A stretch of 64,000 bases of DNA from an uncultured Sphaerobacteraceae bacterium (GTDB lineage Bacteria; Chloroflexota; Chloroflexia; Thermomicrobiales; UBA6265): contig CAZGML010000002.1 in NCBI GenBank assembly GCA_964526965.1, forward strand, positions 1,506 through 65,505, given 5' to 3'. The notes under the pieces are model-generated. The model did no database searches and had not been told where the DNA came from. It was given only the letters and a program-made list of their open reading frames with translations. Every line of letters begins with the position of its first letter. Within the stretch, counting starts at the first letter, position 1. This document shows, piece by piece, positions 56,174 through 64,000 of the stretch. The position numbers were made by a program, and so were the translations under genes.

Positions 56174-57484
56174 TTAGTCCTCAGGTTTTGCCGGGTCGAC
56201 TGTGGATTCCGCGACCTTTCTCTCGCTGCCTTCGGCTGCCTCGCTGCGATAGTTGAGGCGTTCTGCGGCGGTATCGTTTCGCATGGGGGAGAGGAGCGTT
56301 GGGGAGTCTTCATTTAGGCGGAGGCGCAGCCAGAAGAACTCCGCGATCACGCGAATGATGGCGATCGTCGGCACTGCCAGCACCGCGCCCATAACCCCGA
56401 ACTGCTGGCCGCCGCCGATTACGCCGATGAAGATGAGTATCGGGTGAACCTTTACAGCGTTGCCTTGCAGGTTTGGCGTAATGAGGTTGCCCTCGATCTG
56501 GTTGAGGGAAAGGTACAGCACACCGACTGCAAGCGCGGTTTGCCAGCTCACCGTGAGCGCCACCAGGAACGCCGGAATAAACGCCAGCCATGCACCGATA
56601 TAAGGGAGGATGGCCGTGATTGCCTGAACCAGCCCCAGCACGAGCGCATACGGTACGCCCAGGATCAACAGCCCGACGTATGCCAGGGCACCCTGAATCG
56701 CCAGCGAGAGCACCTGTGCACCGAGATAGCGACTGAGCGAGTAGCCCAGGGTATCCCACAGCACTTGTGCATCTACGCGATAGGCCGGTGCCCACAGCCG
56801 GAGGTAACTCTCGTAGAACTTCGGGATATCGACGAGTAGGTATATCGCTACAAACACCACGCCGAAGGCGGTGATGAAGAGACCAACCGACGCCGTGAGC
56901 GTGCCAATGAGGTTATTCAGCGCGGTTACACTGAGCGACTGTGCGGCGTTGAGCAGCCCGCTTTGTGCGTCATCGATGATCTCATCGGGCTGTTGTTCGA
57001 TCCATCCCCGGTTATACAGGTCAGTTAGCGCATCACGTGTGTAGCTCACCACCGTTTCGGTTAAAGACGGCAAGGCGGAAACGAACTGCGAAATCTCATT
57101 GACCAGCAGGGGGATTGCCAGCGCGAGCAGGAAGACCGTTGCGGCCAGCAACGCCACCGTAACGATGAGAATCGATAGTCGTCGCGAAACCACACGCTGT
57201 AGCAGTCGAACCGGAAAGCTCAAAATCAAAGCAAGCGTGGCGCCGAGCAGCACCGTGCTGACAATGGTGGGAAAACTCTGGACAATGAGGGCGAAGACAA
57301 TCAGGATCGCCGCCATGATAACCAGGCGGGTGCGATGAGAAATGTAGATAGGCGTTGGTTCTGACATCTGCTCCGGCGCCGAGTTACGACGCGCGGTGCG
57401 GCGCCGGTAGGTCCACCGGGGCCTCTTCAGCTTTTTGCCGTCCGAAGCCGGGTCAAGCTCTTCTGTATGGTCAGACTCCGACAT
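56174..57484 (-). CDS. AI-2E family transporter
   Basis: LSRYLGAQ, ILPYIGA and QIEGNLITP...VHP. Confidence 0.92.
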   Translation of the reverse strand: MSESDHTEELDPASDGKKLKRPRWTYRRRTARRNSAPEQMSEPTPIYISHRTRLVIMAAILIVFALIVQSFPTIVSTVLLGATLALILSFPVRLLQRVVSRRLSILIVTVALLAATVFLLALAIPLLVNEISQFVSALPSLTETVVSYTRDALTDLYNRGWIEQQPDEIIDDAQSGLLNAAQSLSVTALNNLIGTLTASVGLFITAFGVVFVAIYLLVDIPKFYESYLRLWAPAYRVDAQVLWDTLGYSLSRYLGAQVLSLAIQGALAYVGLLILGVPYALVLGLVQAITAILPYIGAWLAFIPAFLVALTVSWQTALAVGVLYLSLNQIEGNLITPNLQGNAVKVHPILIFIGVIGGGQQFGVMGAVLAVPTIAIIRVIAEFFWLRLRLNEDSPTLLSPMRNDTAAERLNYRSEAAEGSERKVAESTVDPAKPED

Positions 57485-57497
57485 GTGCTTCCTTCAG

Positions 57498-58913
57498 CTA
57501 ATCGAATGTGAGATTTGGGTAAACTTTACGGACGCGTTCCGGAACGACTGGTTCGAGATCCGGATCAAACGATTTATGAATGTAGCGCTTCCACAATACC
57601 AAAACACCGATAGAAAGCAGCACACCGCTCGCAACAAGCACTTCTGGCTGGCCACGCAACTGCACGAGGAATGAGATGAGCAAGGTGCTGAACGGCATGA
57701 CGCCGTTGAACGCCAGTGTCGCCAGGCTCATGACGCGGCCGCGGAGCTGTTCTGGCGCTGTTTGCTGCAGGCGCGTTGACAATTGCGTATTGGTGACGCT
57801 GAAGCTGAATCCGGCGATCATGATGCCCGGAACGGCTACCCAAACATTCGGCGATAACCCTAGCCAAACCATGGAGACACAAAGACCGGTGAGGGAGATT
57901 CGCATTCTCTTTTCAGCCGCCCGTTCCAGCCGGCTACCACGCAACAGCACTCCCGCACCAACCAGGGATCCGGCACCCAGTGCACTGAGCATGTAGCCCA
58001 CCCATGCATCACTGCCGCCCAATACATTGGTTGTGAAGAGCGGCATGAGCACGAGCAAGTTGGGCGAGACGAAGAAGCTCACCAGCGCCTGCAACAGGAT
58101 CAACCCAAACGTCGCGTCGTTGGCGCGCACGTAGGACATTCCGTCTGCCAATTGGCTCAGGCTGGAGACTTTCTGTTTCGGCGCCTCGCGCTTGGGCACG
58201 ATTTTGCCAAGTCCGATGAGCGTGAGCATGGGCGCCAGCAACGTGAAGATGTTGACGACGAAGGCACCAGCCAGGCCGATGATGCTGATAGCGGTCGCAG
58301 CGAGAGCCGGCCCTACAATGCGTGTGGCGTTGAAACTGGCCGAGTTGAGTGCAATGGCCTGTGGCAGGTCGCGCCGTGGCACCAGCTCGCTCACAAAGGC
58401 CTGCTGCGCGGGGAGCTCGAACGCGGAGATCGTGCCGGCGAGCGCAGCCAGAATCAAAATGTGCCAGTACTCGATACGATCGAACCCGATCAGCGTTGCG
58501 TAAATGGCCGAGATCATGCCGAGTGCGGCTAGCGAGACGATGACGATCCTGCGTCGATCAAAGCGATCGGCGATTACTCCGCCATAAAGGCTGAAGAGCA
58601 ACATCGGTAGCGCGGATACGATACTGATCGCGCCGATGGCGAACGCAGAGGTCGTGATGGAGAGCACCACGAGTTGCATACCCACGTTTTGCATCCAGTT
58701 GCCGCCAAGCGCCACGATCTGGCTGGTCCAGTAGCGGCGAAACGGGTTGTGGGAGAGAGCAGCCGGCCACTCCATACGGCCAAGATGCGAGAGGTCTGGA
58801 AATCGACGTGTCCCGCCCTCAACAGGAGGCGCAGTGCGAAATCTTGGCCTTCGAAAGCGGCGTTTGCGTTTTTCTTGTTGCCCGTTGGGTAGGTCGCGTA
58901 ATTCCTCAGGCAT
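57498..58913 (-). CDS. MFS transporter
   Basis: GNWMQNVG, GGVIADRFDRR and AIALNSASFNATRIVGPALA. Confidence 0.93.
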   Translation of the reverse strand: MPEELRDLPNGQQEKRKRRFRRPRFRTAPPVEGGTRRFPDLSHLGRMEWPAALSHNPFRRYWTSQIVALGGNWMQNVGMQLVVLSITTSAFAIGAISIVSALPMLLFSLYGGVIADRFDRRRIVIVSLAALGMISAIYATLIGFDRIEYWHILILAALAGTISAFELPAQQAFVSELVPRRDLPQAIALNSASFNATRIVGPALAATAISIIGLAGAFVVNIFTLLAPMLTLIGLGKIVPKREAPKQKVSSLSQLADGMSYVRANDATFGLILLQALVSFFVSPNLLVLMPLFTTNVLGGSDAWVGYMLSALGAGSLVGAGVLLRGSRLERAAEKRMRISLTGLCVSMVWLGLSPNVWVAVPGIMIAGFSFSVTNTQLSTRLQQTAPEQLRGRVMSLATLAFNGVMPFSTLLISFLVQLRGQPEVLVASGVLLSIGVLVLWKRYIHKSFDPDLEPVVPERVRKVYPNLTFD

Positions 58914-59000
58914 GTGGCGGTGATCCTTGGAAGGTGGACGATCGGCGTGTATTACGCGCACGTGAAACGCATTATGCAGGAAGACTGGTGCGTTTGGTAG

Positions 59001-60167
59001 CTATTCCCCCTCTTGATCTTCGGATTTTTTGAAGAACGACGTTCGGTTTCGTCGGTTCTCAAGTGAAGTCGTAAACGCCGGCTTGTGCGATTCCATTGCG
59101 AGTATGCCTCCCAGAATCGCCAGCGCTCCCGAGAACAACACCGCAACAGCGGCTACGAGGCTGATTACAGCATCATCTCCCCATTGCAGATGCACAACGC
59201 CAGCAAACCAGATGGCCAACGTCAGCGCGAATAAACCATCCCGCAGGAAGAATGCGAACGCGGCCGCCGCCACAACAACCAGGAGCGTAAACAGCACACT
59301 GGAGCCGCGCTCGCCGAACGGTTGGCTGGAGTAGTTCTGCCAGGAGAGCACTGTGAGCATCACGCTATAGCCAAGGGCAGCGCTGAGCGGAATCATGGCG
59401 ATCATGCGCTGGCGGATCGTCTTGATGCCTGGCCCCAACGCGACCATGAAATAGCTAACCGCAATAGCAAGAACCGCTATAGCCATGCTTACGATACCGA
59501 TAAGTTCCCATCGCCAGTGCTGGGCGAAGATCCAGATGGTAGTCGCTGCAAGTCCAATGGAGATAAGTGGGCCGGTGAACTTAATCCGGGTTGGTTCCCG
59601 TCCCATAGGAAGCGATCCATAGATAAGGAAGACGGTCATTAATGGAAGCACTGCCCACCAGATCATCATCGCCCATTGCGCGGGGAGGAGGGGAGCGCCT
59701 TGCATCCGAATGGCTTCCCAGGTGGTACGTCCGTTCAGCGTTTGGGTGGTGCCAAACCAGGCAACGAGCCCGGTTGCCAAAAGGAAAACGAAGGGAGCTA
59801 ACCCCCAAAGCCAGGGGTGCTCCTTGGTCTCTGTTTGTTTTGGGTCTTCGAAGCTGGTTGGTTCATGGCCCGCTGTGGGCAGCGCCGCGTTGATCTCGGT
59901 GGTCTCGGCGACTTCCTCCGGCGAGGGAGGTGGAGGAGCCGGGTTATTTGACTCTGGAATCTCATCGCCTGAAACCCCGGCCGGCTGCACCTGAGCTACT
60001 TCTTCCGGAACCTCGTCGCTAACCGTTTCGGGTGTGTCCGGGGATGGTTGCGACTCCGGCGCTGAATCATCAACAACCTCGTCTGCCAGCCAATCCGGCT
60101 CCGGCCCCAAATCCTGCTCTTCGGGTACGATATTCTTGGATGGTTCGGATTCATCAGCATATTTCAT
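59001..60167 (-). CDS. Membrane protein with acidic disordered N-terminus and TspO-like TM region
   Basis: About 8 TM segments; PLLPAQWAMMIW resembles tryptophan-rich sensory-like proteins. Confidence 0.55.
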   Translation of the reverse strand: MKYADESEPSKNIVPEEQDLGPEPDWLADEVVDDSAPESQPSPDTPETVSDEVPEEVAQVQPAGVSGDEIPESNNPAPPPPSPEEVAETTEINAALPTAGHEPTSFEDPKQTETKEHPWLWGLAPFVFLLATGLVAWFGTTQTLNGRTTWEAIRMQGAPLLPAQWAMMIWWAVLPLMTVFLIYGSLPMGREPTRIKFTGPLISIGLAATTIWIFAQHWRWELIGIVSMAIAVLAIAVSYFMVALGPGIKTIRQRMIAMIPLSAALGYSVMLTVLSWQNYSSQPFGERGSSVLFTLLVVVAAAAFAFFLRDGLFALTLAIWFAGVVHLQWGDDAVISLVAAVAVLFSGALAILGGILAMESHKPAFTTSLENRRNRTSFFKKSEDQEGE

Positions 60168-60295
60168 GGTGCTATTGTATCCTGCCATGGTGCACGTTTA
60201 ATTGGGGGACAGCCGGAAATCTTCCGCGCCGGAATCCACGACACCACCCGGAATTTCCGAGCACTATTTTCAACAACTACACGGAGAGCATTCGT

Positions 60296-62074
60296 TTGTC
60301 GTCTCTTGCCCATGATCAGCAGTCACACAGCGCCCGGTCGCTTGTGAAGCAGTTTGCCCAGTATTACAAGCCACACAAGAAGCTCTTCACGCTTGATTTC
60401 GGTAGCGCAGTAATTAGCGGTGTACTGGAACTTGCGTTCCCTCTTGCCGTCCAGTTGTTCATTGATGAACTCCTGCCAACCGGTGACTGGGGACCGATTA
60501 TCGGCGCCTCTATCGCATTGGCGATGATCTACCTCGTGAACACGGGCCTGTTGGTGGTGGTGAACTACTGGGGTCATATGCTCGGGATCAATATCGAAAC
60601 CGAGCTCCGCCGCCGCGCCTTCAACCACCTGCAGCGGCTGAGCTTCCGCTTCTTCGACAACACCAAGACCGGGCACCTGATCGGACGGGTGACACGAGAC
60701 CTCGAAGATATCGGTGAGGTCGCACACCACGGACCAGAAGATCTCTTCATCGCCGTGATGACGCTGGTTGCCGCCTTTATCATCATGTTCTCAATCCACC
60801 CACCGCTGGCGCTTATCACAGCTATCGTCGTGCCAGTGACGATGTTCTTCACCACGCGGTATGGAACGCGTATGACACGCACCTGGCGTGACCTGTTCAG
60901 CAGGATCGGCGAGTTTAACTCGCGCATTGAGAACAATGTCAGTGGAATCCGCGTGGTACAGGCGTTTGCAAACGAAGATCACGAGCGCAAGATGTTCAGT
61001 ACGGATAACGCCCGGTACCGCACCACCAAGCTCGAAGCCTACAAGCATATGGCCGCCAGCATGTCCATTAACTACATGGGCATGCGCTTCACACAGTTGA
61101 CGGTGATGGTGGCGGGAACCTACTTCGTTATCGGCGACTCGATTACCTACGGTGAATTTGTCGCCTTCCTGTTGCTCGTCAATGTCTTCTTCCGCCCAAT
61201 TGAGAAGCTGAATGCCGTGCTCGAGATTTATCCCAAGGGCATCGCCGGGTTCCGGCGCTACGTCGAACTGCTCGATACAAAGCCGGAGATTCAGGATAAA
61301 GAGGGCGCTGTTGACGCCGGTGACCTCAAGGGCGATATCCGCTTCGAGAACGTGAGCTTCGGTTACACCGATGACAAAATGGTGTTGAAGAACATCAACC
61401 TCGAAATCCACCCCGGTGATACGGTTGCGTTCGTTGGCCCAAGCGGTGCCGGAAAAACCACGATCTCCTCGCTGCTGCCGCGCTTCTACGATGTGAACAG
61501 TGGTCGCATTACGATTGACGGTACGGATATCCGCGACATGACGCTGGATAGCCTGCGTCGCGAAATCGGCATCGTGCAGCAGGATGTGTACCTGTTCAAC
61601 GGCACCATCCGCGAAAACATCGCCTACGGCGACTTGCGCGCCAGCGACGAGAAGATCAACGATGCTGCTCGCAAGGCCAAGCTGGACAACGTGATTGCAG
61701 ATTTGCCCGAAGGGCTGGATACGGTCATCGGCGAGCGCGGTGTCAAGTTGAGCGGCGGTCAGAAGCAGCGACTCAGCATTGCGCGGATGTTCCTGAAGAA
61801 CCCGCCGATTCTGATCCTGGACGAGGCGACCTCGGCGCTCGATACCGCTACCGAGCAGGCGATACAGAAATCGCTAAATGAGCTCGCCGTTGGTCGCACA
61901 ACGCTGGTGATTGCACACCGGCTTGCTACTATCCGTCACGCCGATCGCATTGTGGTTGTGACTGAGGATGGCATTCAGGAGCAAGGCACACACCAGGAAC
62001 TGCTGGTGCACGACGGCGTGTACCGCGAACTCCACGACGCCCAGTATCGCGAGGAAATGCCGACGGCTGATTAA
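60296..62074 (+). CDS. ABC exporter, fused permease/ATPase
   Basis: GPSGAGKTT, LSGGQKQR, ILDEATSALD and IAHRL. TTG start behind GGAG. Confidence 0.94.
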   Translation: MSSLAHDQQSHSARSLVKQFAQYYKPHKKLFTLDFGSAVISGVLELAFPLAVQLFIDELLPTGDWGPIIGASIALAMIYLVNTGLLVVVNYWGHMLGINIETELRRRAFNHLQRLSFRFFDNTKTGHLIGRVTRDLEDIGEVAHHGPEDLFIAVMTLVAAFIIMFSIHPPLALITAIVVPVTMFFTTRYGTRMTRTWRDLFSRIGEFNSRIENNVSGIRVVQAFANEDHERKMFSTDNARYRTTKLEAYKHMAASMSINYMGMRFTQLTVMVAGTYFVIGDSITYGEFVAFLLLVNVFFRPIEKLNAVLEIYPKGIAGFRRYVELLDTKPEIQDKEGAVDAGDLKGDIRFENVSFGYTDDKMVLKNINLEIHPGDTVAFVGPSGAGKTTISSLLPRFYDVNSGRITIDGTDIRDMTLDSLRREIGIVQQDVYLFNGTIRENIAYGDLRASDEKINDAARKAKLDNVIADLPEGLDTVIGERGVKLSGGQKQRLSIARMFLKNPPILILDEATSALDTATEQAIQKSLNELAVGRTTLVIAHRLATIRHADRIVVVTEDGIQEQGTHQELLVHDGVYRELHDAQYREEMPTAD

Positions 62075-62083
62075 TCGATTCAG

Positions 62084-62551
62084 TTATTGGTATTGCGGAT
62101 CTGTCTCAACAGGGAAATTTACCGAGCGCGCGATAAAGCAGAGCCGGTGTGCCTCGTCGTGCAGCCAAGTTAGCAGACTTGGGTCCGCCTCGTTCGCGAG
62201 TGTAATGCGCGGACGGAGTGTAACGTTCGTGAACTCGCCGCTACCATCACGATGTTCCACCATCGTGCCAGTAGCAGCGTCCTCATACGCAGTCACGACC
62301 ACGCCATGCTTCGCGCACCTGCTCAGGAACCACAGCATGTGGCACTGGCTTAACGCTGCCACCAGCATCTCTTCCGGATTGTGGCGATTTGGGTCGCCTG
62401 AAAATGCTGGATCGGACGACGCCTCGATCACATGTTTTCCAGCGATCCGGACCTCGTGATCCTTGGAGTATCCGTTCGGTTTTGCTGTGCCAGATCCGGT
62501 ATTACCAGTCCATGTCACACGGACGTTGTAGATGTGGTTATTTGTGTTCAA
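62084..62551 (-). CDS. OsmC family peroxiredoxin-like protein
   Basis: NPEEMLVAALSQCHM and AHRLCFIARSV. Confidence 0.92.
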   Translation of the reverse strand: MNTNNHIYNVRVTWTGNTGSGTAKPNGYSKDHEVRIAGKHVIEASSDPAFSGDPNRHNPEEMLVAALSQCHMLWFLSRCAKHGVVVTAYEDAATGTMVEHRDGSGEFTNVTLRPRITLANEADPSLLTWLHDEAHRLCFIARSVNFPVETDPQYQ

Positions 62552-63668
62552 CTGCCAACTTCCTGCTTCTGATAAGACGGCTCACGTAGTGACGTCCTTG
62601 CTCGGTGAGAACGACGTTCCCGTTGGCACGAACCACCATGCCCCGGTCGGCCGCGCGCCGGATGGTTTCCAGCGCTTCATCCGGACTCCAGTGCAGTGCC
62701 GCTCCGATATGGCCGAGGCTGCTTTCGCTGAACTCTTCTTCTGTGCGCTCGTGCGTGGCCAGGTGCATAACCAGCAAATCTACGGCGAAGCGATCGCGGT
62801 TACGCGCGTTGCGTCGTCGCTGTGCCACCAGCCCTTGTGATGGCGAGAACAGCAGGGCCAGCCCAAAGAGGATACCCAACATGGTGACAATACCGCCCGC
62901 AATCGATCCGTCGATGATGATCGCCATCCAGTAGCCGCCAATTGCGCCAAGCGCGCCGATGACTGCGCTGCCGATCATCATGTGGAGCAGCCTGTCTGTC
63001 AGGAGATACGCTGTCGCCGCCGGCACGATGACGAGTGCCACCACAAGAATTGCACCGACAGCGGTGAATGCGCCGACGGTGGTGATACTCAGCAGGAGCA
63101 TCAGCAGGTAGTGGACGAGTGTCGGCGAGAACCCGAGGGAGTGAGAGAGCCCCGGGTCAAATGTGCTGATCTTCAGTTCCTTGTAGAGGAGCGTGAGCAC
63201 GCCGATGTTCATTACCAGCAGCACGGACATAATCCAGAGCGATTGCGGCCCGAGGTCACGTCCGCTCATGATGAACCGATCGAATGCGGAGAATTCGATG
63301 TTTCCGTACAGAATAGCGTCGGTATCCAGGTGGACGTTGGCGAAGTAACGCGTGATTAAGATCGTACCGAGCGCGAACATCGCCGGGAATACAATGCCCA
63401 TCGCCGCGGCGCTCTCCATGCGTTTCGTGCGCTGCAATGCTTCAACGAGTGTGACGGTCACGATCGCTGCGGCGACAGCACCAACGGCTCCGACGAGAAT
63501 GTTGGCACTACCAGCCATCCAGTAACCAAATACGAGGCCCGGCAGGATTGCATGGCTAATGGCGTCGGTCATCATGGCCATACGGCGCAAAATCAGGAAC
63601 GTCCCCGGCAAGGCACAGGCGACGGCACAGAGAATCCCTGTGAGAAGAATCACAGTTCCCGCGGTCAT
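62538..63668 (-). CDS. Mn/Zn/Fe ABC transporter permease with C-terminal DtxR-like extension
   Basis: DAISHAILPG, HLDTDAILYG and KELKISTFDP. ATGA overlap with the upstream permease. Confidence 0.92.
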   Translation of the reverse strand: MTAGTVILLTGILCAVACALPGTFLILRRMAMMTDAISHAILPGLVFGYWMAGSANILVGAVGAVAAAIVTVTLVEALQRTKRMESAAAMGIVFPAMFALGTILITRYFANVHLDTDAILYGNIEFSAFDRFIMSGRDLGPQSLWIMSVLLVMNIGVLTLLYKELKISTFDPGLSHSLGFSPTLVHYLLMLLLSITTVGAFTAVGAILVVALVIVPAATAYLLTDRLLHMMIGSAVIGALGAIGGYWMAIIIDGSIAGGIVTMLGILFGLALLFSPSQGLVAQRRRNARNRDRFAVDLLVMHLATHERTEEEFSESSLGHIGAALHWSPDEALETIRRAADRGMVVRANGNVVLTEQGRHYVSRLIRSRKLAVEHK

Positions 63669-64000
63669 ACCTGCTCTCCTGCCTCTAGCGCTGCGCGGAA
63701 CTCGGCACGGCGACTTCGCCGGCGCCACCATTCAGCGATCAGGCCATGTTTCGGGGCGAATAGCAGGGAGATCACCACGAGTCCGGTAAGCGCCAAAATG
63801 ATCATCGGACCGGTAGGAAGTCGACTCGCTTGCACGCTGATCACCGCGCCGGTAACGCCAGCGAGCCCTCCGATGAAACCGCTGATCCACAACATCGTGC
63901 GGAGATTGTCGGTCCATTGCCGCGCCGCAGCACCGGGACCAATGATCATGGCCGCCATCAATACCACGCCAACGGTCTGCAGGCCGATCATCACTGCCAC
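63665..64000 (-). CDS. Mn/Zn/Fe ABC transporter permease, C-terminal part (5' end outside the window)
   Basis: GLQTVGVVLMAAMII.P.AAARQWT and LPTGPMIIL. Confidence 0.9.
   Translation of the reverse strand: MAVMIGLQTVGVVLMAAMIIGPGAAARQWTDNLRTMLWISGFIGGLAGVTGAVISVQASRLPTGPMIILALTGLVVISLLFAPKHGLIAEWWRRRSRRAEFRAALEAGEQV

Overview
A GC-rich chromosomal window of mostly housekeeping, transport and envelope genes. Tat-exported acidic proteins with 'ATP(E/V)A' linkers, an F420-type LLM enzyme and a T-box point to Chloroflexota/Thermomicrobiales (inference). I found no rRNA, tRNA, CRISPR array, integrase or transposase. The left end has a small defence patch: a CBS-HEPN gene plus an AT-richer Dcm/EcoRII-like/Vsr restriction-modification operon, followed by metG under a Met (AUG) T-box that appears to act on translation. 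From 7.2 to 17 kb there are two paralogous cassettes, each encoding a Tat flavoprotein (KsdD/FAD_binding_2-like), an alpha/beta-hydrolase that has lost its catalytic triad, and a MarR regulator. Their promoters share an operator-like palindrome, and this is my best candidate for an undescribed system. Other notable items: a YhaO/Mre11-like gene with all metal ligands substituted, coupled to a membrane-anchored YhaN/Rad50-like ATPase; an orphan ParB-like gene with a LexA-type box; an MntA/HepT toxin-antitoxin pair; two sigma54-type promoters; a parS-like site; an ECF sigma/anti-sigma pair with a long Pro/Thr/Glu stalk; a degenerate macrodomain; and tandem GT-C glycosyltransferases. All calls come from reading motifs by eye; no database searches were run.
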